Origin: an archaeon
Lineage (GTDB): Archaea; Nanobdellota; Nanobdellia; Woesearchaeales; GCA-2686295
DNA length: 64,000 nt
Assembly: GCA_043817405.1 (NCBI GenBank)
Contig: JBDRGV010000051.1
Coordinates: 1,960-65,959, forward strand
Direction: 5' to 3'
Shown: positions 55,878-64,000 of the stretch, one piece after another
How the letters are laid out: each line of letters opens with the position of its first letter
Position numbering within the stretch: position 1 is the stretch's first letter
Made by a program: the position numbers and the translations under genes
Notes under the pieces: model-generated
The model's input: only the letters and a program-made list of their open reading frames with translations
What the model was told of the DNA's origin: nothing
The model's database searches: none

Positions 55878-57801
55878 TAAAACATTCACACTGGACAAAT
55901 TCCAAGAAGATTCAATTATAGCAATTGAAAATAACAAGTCAGTTCTAGTCTCAGCACCAACCGGCTCTGGAAAAACATTAATCGCAGATTATATCATAGA
56001 CAAATTCCTAAAAGAAAACTCAAGAATCATTTATACCGCACCAATAAAAGCCCTGTCAAACCAGAAATACAAAGAATTCACAGACTCCTACGGCAAAGAC
56101 AAAATCGGTTTAATCACAGGCGATTTAGTTATCAATCCAGACGCACAAATATTGATAATGACCGCCGAAGTATACAGAAACATGACCATTGTCAATGATT
56201 ACGCCCTGGATTCGGTTGCCTATTGCATAATGGATGAAATCCACTACATAAGCGATTACGAAAGAGGTCATGTGTGGGAAGAATCAATAATTTTTAGTCC
56301 AAAACACATAAACTTTTTATTTCTTTCAGCAACAATCCCCAACGCAGAAGAATTTGCATCATGGATTGAAAGCATAAGAGAAACTCCTGTCCAGGTCATA
56401 AAGTCAGACGTTAGACCGGTTCCTTTAGAAAGAAAATTCTATGATTCAGAAATAGGACTTGCAACCCTTGATGAGATACAAAACAAAAAAGAACTGGATA
56501 AATATCCTGACTATAAACATTCCATGAGAGGAAAATATAGATCCGCAAGAGTTCAAAAACCAGACTTCAGAAATCTCATAGCAGAACTTGGAGATAAACT
56601 TCCATGCATATACTTCGTTTTTTCAAGAGCAAAAACAATGGACTATGCAGCAATTCTCGCAACTAAAAAACAATACTTATCACCGGAAGAACAAAAAAAA
56701 GCAATATCCATTGCAAGCAACGAATTCAATAAACTGAATAAAGAAGTACTTTCTTTGAAAACAACACAGAAACTAAGAGCATGCATCCCTAAAGGAGTTG
56801 CTTTCCACAATGCAGGAATACTTCCAGAGTTAAAGCACATCGTTGAAAAACTCTTTTCAGAAGGATTAATTAAAGTATTATTTGCAACCGAAACCTTCGC
56901 AGTCGGAATAAACATGCCTGCAAAAACCGTCTGCTTTGACAGTCTAAGAAAATATACAGATACAGGCTTTAGATACCTGACATCCAAAGAATACTTTCAA
57001 ATCTCAGGAAGAGCCGGCAGAAGAGGAATTGATAAAAAAGGATTGTCGGTTGCAATGATTTTTCGCCCAGGCACAGAAATAGATAGAATAAAAGAATTCA
57101 CCACCGCAGATGTGTTGCCATTAAAATCACAATTCAAACTAACATACAACACTGTTTTGAATATGATTAATCAGCACACAGCCGAAGAAAACACTAAAAT
57201 TCTAACCATGAATTTCTTCACGTACCAAACACTCAAAGGTGCAACGTCAAATAGACTACTGGGATCAATAAAGGCTCGATTCACAAAAGCAACAAAACTA
57301 TTGACCGGACTGGGATATATAAAAAATGATAAACTAACAAACCTGGGAATATTCACAACGAAAATATTCGGAGATGAACTGGAAGTTTCCCAAATATTCA
57401 ACGGTGAAATAAACCTTGATGAATATACAATATTGCTGCTGCTTGCATCACTGGAATATGAAGGTAAAAGAGACACTAAATTCTACAAAACATTCGGAGA
57501 CTCCAGATCAAGAAAACTCTTTAACAAAATACAAGAAAACCCCCTACTCAGAAGAGGACTGTGGTCTCGAAACATTGACAAGATGACTGCAATTATTCAC
57601 CCACTATACAATCAAAAAAAGTTCCTTGAAATACTAAAAAACACCACCATGCTCGAAGGCGACCTAATAAGAATTCTGATGCGTGTAATGGACAAACTAG
57701 AACAAATAGGCAAAGCGACCAACAATGACAAACACAAAGCAATGGTTAATAACTGCAAAGAAATAATCAAGAAATCACTAGAAGGAATACATTTGTTCTA
57801 A
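55870..57801 (+). CDS. Ski2/HelY-like DExH RNA helicase
   Basis: APTGSGKT, PIKALSNQK, DEIH, LSAT, ATETFAVGINMPA and Q.SGRAGRRG motifs. Confidence 0.92.
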   Translation: MKFKTFTLDKFQEDSIIAIENNKSVLVSAPTGSGKTLIADYIIDKFLKENSRIIYTAPIKALSNQKYKEFTDSYGKDKIGLITGDLVINPDAQILIMTAEVYRNMTIVNDYALDSVAYCIMDEIHYISDYERGHVWEESIIFSPKHINFLFLSATIPNAEEFASWIESIRETPVQVIKSDVRPVPLERKFYDSEIGLATLDEIQNKKELDKYPDYKHSMRGKYRSARVQKPDFRNLIAELGDKLPCIYFVFSRAKTMDYAAILATKKQYLSPEEQKKAISIASNEFNKLNKEVLSLKTTQKLRACIPKGVAFHNAGILPELKHIVEKLFSEGLIKVLFATETFAVGINMPAKTVCFDSLRKYTDTGFRYLTSKEYFQISGRAGRRGIDKKGLSVAMIFRPGTEIDRIKEFTTADVLPLKSQFKLTYNTVLNMINQHTAEENTKILTMNFFTYQTLKGATSNRLLGSIKARFTKATKLLTGLGYIKNDKLTNLGIFTTKIFGDELEVSQIFNGEINLDEYTILLLLASLEYEGKRDTKFYKTFGDSRSRKLFNKIQENPLLRRGLWSRNIDKMTAIIHPLYNQKKFLEILKNTTMLEGDLIRILMRVMDKLEQIGKATNNDKHKAMVNNCKEIIKKSLEGIHLF

Positions 57802-57850
57802 AATTCTTAATAAAGAAAACTTTTTATAATATAACATGTTTTCTATGCCT

Positions 57851-59296
57851 ATGAAAAAATTATTTTTAGTAATACTAATATTTTTGTTGATTCCTTTTTC
57901 TTTTGCAGTAACTCCCGTTGATGTTGGCATTTGTGATAAAAGCTTGGAAGCAGCCGATGCACAGGTTCAAAGCTGCATCGATACCTGTACCATTGAAAGT
58001 AAACCTGCATTGGATGCCTATAATATAAAACAAGCAGAGTTGGAAGGTATTTCTAATGATCCTGTGAACAACTGTGAAGGCTACGCCGCATGTAGTTCAT
58101 TCTGCCAAAATAAAGACTATGGATTTGATCCTGACGATGAAACTCTTAATCCTGCAATAGTTCTTAGTGCTATGGCATCATGTTTAGAAGAAACATGTCC
58201 TGACGCAATAGCCACCTGTGAAGCTCGAAAGGTTCAACTTCAACAGGGAATAGGTAATGACTTTTATTATGCTTACAAATGTGTTTGTGAAAGCTGTATT
58301 TTACCAGGATGCAGATATCAAAAGATGAGTGCCTGTGCTGAACTAACAGGTTTTTGTGATGAAGTAAGAAAATCTGCTTTTAACGCAGCATATGGAAGTT
58401 CTGTTAAATCTTGGATTGGTTGTAATAGTTCAACAACAAACATTGCAATTCTAACTAAAATTGGAACCGCCGGATTAACCGGAGATACAAAAGAACCAAA
58501 AAAAGAACCCGAACCAGATCCTAAAATAACAACTCCAGATAATAAGCCAATCACAACACCAAAAGAACCAGAGAAAAAGCTAACCGTGAAACAAGAACAG
58601 AAAAAACAAGAAAACCAACAGCAAATTCAAAAAATAAAAAACAAACCAAAAGTTGAAGTTATTGAAGTAAATACTCCTGAAGGAAAAAAAGAAATTATTC
58701 TTAACAATCCTGATAATTCAAAACCAGACATTGTTGATAAGGCCAAGTATCACTTAAAAAACGAAATAAAAACATCAATATCAGACAAAATTGGAGACAT
58801 ACCCATAATTGGACCCTACAAGGATTACATTGTTAAATTCTTTGAGGATCAACAGAGTGATGAAACAAAAACAACTGACACTCAAATTCAACTTGGATCT
58901 TCTAAAAAGGGGGCTCAATTATTTAATATGGTAGATGGAACTGGTGATAAAGAACTATCCTTGTCTCCTGGGAAAAATCTAATACCTTCAACTCCCCTGA
59001 CAAAACCCTATGAATGGGTACTAAATGAATTAGGTTTCGTCGTTAAAAAATCAATGGCTAAGGGATTAGAAAAAGAATATGCTTTTGCTCTAAATGTCGC
59101 AAGACTTCAAAGAGAAAAATATGGTTCAAGCTGGTCTCAAACCATTAAGAACACAATCACATTTGTGGGAGAAGAACTAGGCGAAGACCCAGCAGCACAG
59201 ACTTTGGAATCTTTCTCAAAAAAAGAATATCAAAAACAAGACGCAAGAGTTAAGGCATACATTATGCAGATGAAAATGAATGGTGAACTCAAATGA
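57851..59296 (+). CDS. Secreted Cys-rich hypothetical protein
   Basis: Signal peptide, Cys-rich N-terminal domain and a Pro/Glu/Lys linker. Confidence 0.7.
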   Translation: MKKLFLVILIFLLIPFSFAVTPVDVGICDKSLEAADAQVQSCIDTCTIESKPALDAYNIKQAELEGISNDPVNNCEGYAACSSFCQNKDYGFDPDDETLNPAIVLSAMASCLEETCPDAIATCEARKVQLQQGIGNDFYYAYKCVCESCILPGCRYQKMSACAELTGFCDEVRKSAFNAAYGSSVKSWIGCNSSTTNIAILTKIGTAGLTGDTKEPKKEPEPDPKITTPDNKPITTPKEPEKKLTVKQEQKKQENQQQIQKIKNKPKVEVIEVNTPEGKKEIILNNPDNSKPDIVDKAKYHLKNEIKTSISDKIGDIPIIGPYKDYIVKFFEDQQSDETKTTDTQIQLGSSKKGAQLFNMVDGTGDKELSLSPGKNLIPSTPLTKPYEWVLNELGFVVKKSMAKGLEKEYAFALNVARLQREKYGSSWSQTIKNTITFVGEELGEDPAAQTLESFSKKEYQKQDARVKAYIMQMKMNGELK

Positions 59297-60255
59297 AAAT
59301 TAGAACCATAATATTTTGGTTAATCATTTTAGGTATTGGATATTATCTATACACTCATCCTGCAATCATAGAAGATAATTTGCCCATGCTCGAGAATATT
59401 ATTGAAAAGGCCAAAGGAGTATTTAACAATGATTCTCCCCAGGTAAAAGAAATGTCTACATTCATTAAAGATAATGATTTGGAGAGGCTAAAAATAGAAG
59501 ATGGTGATACTGTATTTATCAGATTTAGCACAGATTCAATGGTTACCATAAATCAAGAGATATATGATGTTGCGTTGGAAGCCTATGATATTTTTCAAAA
59601 ACCACTAATAGTAGAAGGATACTTTTTGGAAGAACCATTTTTCCAATTACAAACAACAAATCCAAATGAAGAAGACACATTATTTTTCACAGACATTAGA
59701 ACTTCCGAATTTATGATTGAAAATGATATAATGATTTTTGATGTGTTTGTTGGAAATGTTGAAGTTAAAGACGATGAAGTTTTAGTCGAAGTTGAATACA
59801 TTGGACCTGAAGAAGACTTCTTTGCAGACTATGCAGGCATGTGCTTTGTAATTATTCAGGATGTGCCATGGGTAGAAGACATAACCATAACCTATCTAAA
59901 AAAAGATTTATGCCTATCTATGAAAACAACATCAACAAATGTATTGGAACTTTACGCCGAAGAAATCTCTATGGATAAGTTTCTAGAAAACCTTGAGTTG
60001 GAACAATGCGAACCAAAAGAAACATCTGTTGATGAGAACATGAATGAATATACGGATGATGGCGATGAAAATATAGCAATGGGAGGTTCGGGTTTAGAAT
60101 GCTCAACGGATGTTAAACAAGCATACCAAGAATACATTGCAGCCTATAACAAGCTAGTCTACCTTCAAGGAGATACAGAAGCAGCAGAGGCAGCTTACAT
60201 TCCCTACAAATTCTACAAAGAGTGCTATGAATCACATCCTGAAATGGAAGAGTAG
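59293..60255 (+). CDS. Membrane-anchored acidic hypothetical protein
   Basis: N-terminal TM helix. ATGA-coupled to the previous gene. Confidence 0.7.
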   Translation: MKIRTIIFWLIILGIGYYLYTHPAIIEDNLPMLENIIEKAKGVFNNDSPQVKEMSTFIKDNDLERLKIEDGDTVFIRFSTDSMVTINQEIYDVALEAYDIFQKPLIVEGYFLEEPFFQLQTTNPNEEDTLFFTDIRTSEFMIENDIMIFDVFVGNVEVKDDEVLVEVEYIGPEEDFFADYAGMCFVIIQDVPWVEDITITYLKKDLCLSMKTTSTNVLELYAEEISMDKFLENLELEQCEPKETSVDENMNEYTDDGDENIAMGGSGLECSTDVKQAYQEYIAAYNKLVYLQGDTEAAEAAYIPYKFYKECYESHPEMEE

Positions 60256-60265
60256 AAAAAATTAA

Positions 60266-61606
60266 TTATAACATATGTTCTCTAAAATAATTCATGCCTT
60301 TAGGATATTTGTTGATGTTATCTAATGTTTTCTTGAAGTTATCCTTGAGTTTCATGGCTTCTTTCTTTGCAAGCCCCGAAGTTGTTTCATAGCTTATCTT
60401 TGGTTCTAGAACGGTCCTTTCTTCTTCGCTAACATTTGTTATTCCAAAGAGTTTAGGTGAGTTGAACATCTTCGTGTCATGTTGCAATCCAAAAATGCTT
60501 GTTGAAACCAAGTCAATAAACTCTGAGTTTTCTTTCAAGAAATCAATGGTGTCTAAGAATTCTTCTTTTGTTTCTGTAGGAAATCCAAACATTATGTAGG
60601 TCACATTTTTTATTCCACAAAGATGCGAGTTCTTAAGAACTTCTTTCACATCCAATACTCTAGTTCCTTTTTTCATAAGGTCAAGAATTCTTTGGTTTCC
60701 GGACTCAACACCCCAGATAACCATTGTCAAACCTGCTTTTTTCAACTTAGCCAACACTTCAGAAGTATACTCTTTTGTCGGTCTCAATTGACAGGTCCAT
60801 TTTATGTTCAGATCCTTAACAATGTCTGCAAACGCCAATAATCTATTAACATGTATCATGTCATCTATCAGGAAAAAATATTTTTGTTTAGATAATTCTA
60901 TATTTCTCTTAATAATCTCCAAAGGATATTCAACATACTTCACATTTTTATGATGGGTGCAAAAAACGCATTGCTTGTAATAACAACTACTGGATGTTTT
61001 TATTGGAATAACAATTTCAGGAGTGAAGTATTCCTGCAGGTTGTAAACGTCGAATTTAGTTTCATAACCAAAATTAAGTTTTGTTCTATCAATTTTTTTC
61101 TCATTAACAAAATCCAATAGTTCAACCTCATCGGCCAAAGTCTTATCGGCGATTAAACTTAGTTTAGCATTAATGGCCGGACCACCAATGACAGTTTTTA
61201 CTTTGCCTTTCAAAGCTCTGAGCATTGAAAGCGCATAGAATGCCTGACTAGAATAAACAATGCTAAACGCGACCACATCGGGCTGCTTATCGATTATTTG
61301 TTTAAGTAGCTCATCAAATAGCTCAGGGTTTTTTCCATTGACAACCAGTTTGTTATTATCAGAGTAAACCTTTGAACTTTCTTTGAAATAATCGTTAACG
61401 ATTTTATCATAATTAACCCACTTCTTTTTTTCTTGAAAATATTGTTGGTACTTGGGAAATCTTAGTCTGTGAAATTCTAAGTTTAAATCCAGAACATTAA
61501 CCTCTCCTTGATGGTTTGCTTTTAGAAATGAATACATGCCTGTTAAAGAAAAAGGCGGACTTGCAGGTGTGCAAAAAGGCAGATAAACAAGTAAAACAGT
61601 TTTCAT
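60266..61606 (-). CDS. B12-binding-domain radical SAM protein
   Basis: N-terminal P...P..L, D.N and GGP. Radical SAM cysteine triad CYYKQCVFC, then G.ESG..RIL..M.KG and GFPTET. Confidence 0.85.
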   Translation of the reverse strand: MKTVLLVYLPFCTPASPPFSLTGMYSFLKANHQGEVNVLDLNLEFHRLRFPKYQQYFQEKKKWVNYDKIVNDYFKESSKVYSDNNKLVVNGKNPELFDELLKQIIDKQPDVVAFSIVYSSQAFYALSMLRALKGKVKTVIGGPAINAKLSLIADKTLADEVELLDFVNEKKIDRTKLNFGYETKFDVYNLQEYFTPEIVIPIKTSSSCYYKQCVFCTHHKNVKYVEYPLEIIKRNIELSKQKYFFLIDDMIHVNRLLAFADIVKDLNIKWTCQLRPTKEYTSEVLAKLKKAGLTMVIWGVESGNQRILDLMKKGTRVLDVKEVLKNSHLCGIKNVTYIMFGFPTETKEEFLDTIDFLKENSEFIDLVSTSIFGLQHDTKMFNSPKLFGITNVSEEERTVLEPKISYETTSGLAKKEAMKLKDNFKKTLDNINKYPKGMNYFREHML

Positions 61607-61613
61607 TTTATTA

Positions 61614-62708
61614 TTATGAAATCTCCCTGACATCCAGGTTGAAAAGTTCCTCGATTTTTTCAAATCTCATGCCATCTTCAGGGCAGACAAAAGTTATTGC
61701 GTGACCTTTCTTATCGGTTCTGCCGGTTCTGCCGATTCTATGAATGTAAAACTCAGACCTTGTGGGAACATCATAATTAAGCACCAGGTCAACATTGTCA
61801 ATGTGCAAACCTCTGGCAGCCACATCGGTGGCAACTAGGATTTGTATTCTACCACTCTTAAAAAGGTTAAGATGTTTTAACCTTTCATTCTGAGTCAAAT
61901 TACTGCTAATGGTTTTAACACTAAACTTATTATCGAGAAGAAATTTAGTTATTCCATCACATTTAAGTTTGGTATTGCAGAAAATCAATACTTTCTGAAT
62001 CATCTCATCAGAAAACAATCTAAGAAGAGTCTTGTTCTTATCCAACATTTCACAAAACAATTTTTCTTGAACAATATTCTTAGGAATCTGAGAACCAACG
62101 GTTAAATATTCATAGTCAACAATGATCTCATTCATGAAGTTTTCGACCTTCTCGGTAATGGTTGCTGAAGAAAGAATTATCTGAGCATCATTGCTGGCTC
62201 TTCTCTTCACATAAACACAATCATCAAAGAAACCGTCATCAAACATTTGATCGCTTTCATCGAAAACAAGAAGTTTTACAGCACCGGCTTTAATCTGCTT
62301 ACTGTTAATGTGCTGTATTAATCTTCCGGGAGTTCCAACCATTATATGGTTTCTCTTGGTGGTGGTTTTATAATCATTTGAAATCTCTCGGCCACCATAG
62401 AGCATGCCGACCTTAAAACCCAGGGGATCACAGACTCTCTGAATCTCCTTTCCAACCTGAATACAAAGTTCCCTGGTGGGAACGAGAACAATCATCTGAA
62501 CACCAAGCTTTTTGTTAATCTTACCTAAAAAACCAATGGTAAAAGCCAAAGTCTTACCAGTACCGGTCCTTGAAGTAAAAACGATGTTCTTACCTTGAAG
62601 CGCTAAAGGAATGACTTTCTCTTGAACCTCGAACAGCTCTTTGAACTTCAAAATATCTAAAGCAGATATTACTTCTTTCTTCAATTTAAGCTCTGAAAAT
62701 GATTTCAT
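61614..62708 (-). CDS. DEAD-box RNA helicase (minimal core)
   Basis: Q motif, TGTGKT, PTREL, TPGR, DESD, SAT, TDVAARGL and HRIGRTGR. Confidence 0.93.
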   Translation of the reverse strand: MKSFSELKLKKEVISALDILKFKELFEVQEKVIPLALQGKNIVFTSRTGTGKTLAFTIGFLGKINKKLGVQMIVLVPTRELCIQVGKEIQRVCDPLGFKVGMLYGGREISNDYKTTTKRNHIMVGTPGRLIQHINSKQIKAGAVKLLVFDESDQMFDDGFFDDCVYVKRRASNDAQIILSSATITEKVENFMNEIIVDYEYLTVGSQIPKNIVQEKLFCEMLDKNKTLLRLFSDEMIQKVLIFCNTKLKCDGITKFLLDNKFSVKTISSNLTQNERLKHLNLFKSGRIQILVATDVAARGLHIDNVDLVLNYDVPTRSEFYIHRIGRTGRTDKKGHAITFVCPEDGMRFEKIEELFNLDVREIS

Positions 62709-62800
62709 AGAAAGAACGAGAATAAAATTGTTTAAAAGTGTTGTGATGAAAAACAGATAATTTAAACTAAAAAAAAGAAATGAAAAAAATTATAAAAAAA

Positions 62801-63784
62801 TTAGTATTCAACAGCTCTTGCTAGTCTTTTAGCATGGGCAATCCATTTCTTAATATCAACTACGCCAGGCACAAGTTTGACTAACTTTCGCTTCTTGTTT
62901 ACTTCAACTAATGTTTGATTTAGATTTTCAGGATTTCTATTCTGCAACTCCATTACTGTATCAACACCACAGTCTTCAAGAAGATCTGAATACTCAATAC
63001 CAATTCCACTGATTCTCATTAAATCAACTCTGTTAATCCATTGAAGGATTGTTGATGATTTAAGCTTAAGATCTTTTGCAATATTAACTCTTCCATTGAC
63101 GGTTTTACCTGCATTTAAGAGTTGTTTTAAATTCTTGATTTCTATTTTTTGAAGTTTAGCAGCATTTCTTTTTCCAATTCCTTTAACTGATGCAAGTTCA
63201 TATTTAAGTAAAGGATTTCTTGAAACTTTTTTTACAACCTTCTTTGATGCTTGAACTTTTACACTCTTAACTTTTGGTTTGTTTAAATTAGCCAATATTC
63301 TTGCATTGATTTTCTTTTGCTCACTCTGCATTTTATTTATTGCTCTTGAAAGTAAAACATTTTCTTTTTTAACAGAAGAATAAGCTGATTTAAGTTTGAT
63401 TAACTCTTTTTTGCTTGCTGAGTCTTTACTTTTCAATTTTTTATCAACAGCAACTACTTTTTTGTTAAAATTTGCAATTACGTTTTTTAATCTAATTTCA
63501 AGTTTATTAACTGTTAAACTTTTTTTGTTTAAGGCTGTAAATGAATTTCCTAAGTTTTTAATTACAATTTTTAAACCATTTAATTCATTTGTGGTTGTGT
63601 TTAGTCTTTGTGGAACATTTGATAGCTTGTTTAATCTAACAAAGATATCTTTGTGTTCTATCTTCATTTTTAGAACTAATTTTTCATGTTCTTCTCTGGT
63701 TCTCATAAGAGAATAAACATCATCTTTGACTCTATTAAAAGATCTTATTAACTTTTTGTCCAATTTTGGAAAATTAAAATTCAT
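62801..63784 (-). CDS. Coiled-coil protein with C-terminal DUF4332-like helix-hairpin-helix domain
   Basis: GIG..NA.KL, W....DL.RI.GIG.EY..LL...GVDTV.EL..RN..NL motifs. Confidence 0.8.
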   Translation of the reverse strand: MNFNFPKLDKKLIRSFNRVKDDVYSLMRTREEHEKLVLKMKIEHKDIFVRLNKLSNVPQRLNTTTNELNGLKIVIKNLGNSFTALNKKSLTVNKLEIRLKNVIANFNKKVVAVDKKLKSKDSASKKELIKLKSAYSSVKKENVLLSRAINKMQSEQKKINARILANLNKPKVKSVKVQASKKVVKKVSRNPLLKYELASVKGIGKRNAAKLQKIEIKNLKQLLNAGKTVNGRVNIAKDLKLKSSTILQWINRVDLMRISGIGIEYSDLLEDCGVDTVMELQNRNPENLNQTLVEVNKKRKLVKLVPGVVDIKKWIAHAKRLARAVEY

Positions 63785-63903
63785 AGTTATCACCTGGGGA
63801 ATAAGAATCCTGTTGTATTTATAAAGTTAACTGGGTGTCACCCCTTGAAAGTGCTAATTTTAAGTTATTTTGTGAATTATTTCTTCTTAATCACAAACAA
63901 GCG

Positions 63904-63999
63904 TTATTCTATTGTAAACCCGCGTTTTTTGAACTCATGAGCATAGAGGTAGAATTTTCCATCTCTAACCGCAGGACAGCGTTCTGAGAATTTCACTGT
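63904..63999 (-). CDS. 3' end of a gene entering from beyond the window
   Basis: Open frame ...TVKFSERCPAVRDGKFYLYAHEFKKRGFTIE*. Function not recognised. Confidence 0.4.
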   Translation of the reverse strand, partial: TVKFSERCPAVRDGKFYLYAHEFKKRGFTIE

Positions 64000-64000
64000 T

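Noticed and set aside
281..63716. Numerous 60-150 aa ORFs antisense to or nested in long genes (e.g. 5235-5675, 9317-9639, 46310-48664, 54124-55476)
   Set aside because: They are shadow frames of well-supported genes, with no RBS, promoter or recognisable motifs.
1..64000. CRISPR array, tRNA or rRNA
   Set aside because: I found no regularly spaced repeat-spacer units, cloverleaf or GC-rich structural RNA by eye. The CCGGAAATCTTCCG copies are 0.6 to several kb apart.

Overview
AT-rich, gene-dense window that looks like a DPANN archaeon (probably Woesearchaeota/Pacearchaeota-like). This is inferred from TTTATAWA TATA boxes about 25-30 nt before many start codons, GGTGA/GGAGGT Shine-Dalgarno sites, and PGF-pre-PGF, HTH-10 and MNT-HEPN genes. 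I saw no rRNA, tRNA, CRISPR array, integrase or intact transposase. (1) 1-7.2 kb is the strongest candidate for an undescribed system. It is a tightly coupled operon: nicotinamidase, NadE-NUDIX fusion, NadM with an altered HxGH motif, stand-alone Ser/Thr kinase, vWA protein, 33-aa ORF, truncated divergent pyruvate-kinase barrel, ADP-ribosylglycohydrolase and NAD kinase. A convergent nucleosidase/phosphorylase-fold gene closes it. (2) 8-23 kb is a mix of accessory and redox genes: two SufE-like genes, a 2H phosphoesterase, rubrerythrin, DUF5320/DUF134 and a full-length tRNA 2-selenouridine synthase. (3) 23.9-39.7 kb is a toxin-antitoxin/Fic-rich plasticity zone. It is punctuated by a repeated GC-rich pseudo-palindrome (CCGGAAATCTTCCG), duplicated promoters, genes bracketed by their own operator-like sites, an internally deleted nitroreductase copy and an orphan rtcA 3' end. 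(4) 40-64 kb holds a large surface metalloprotease, cation transport genes (P-type ATPase, MscS, CorA, CPA2), LemA/HtpX, a GTPase, two RNA helicases (one with a switch-like leader) and a B12-type radical SAM enzyme. All calls come from reading motifs by eye; no database searches were run.
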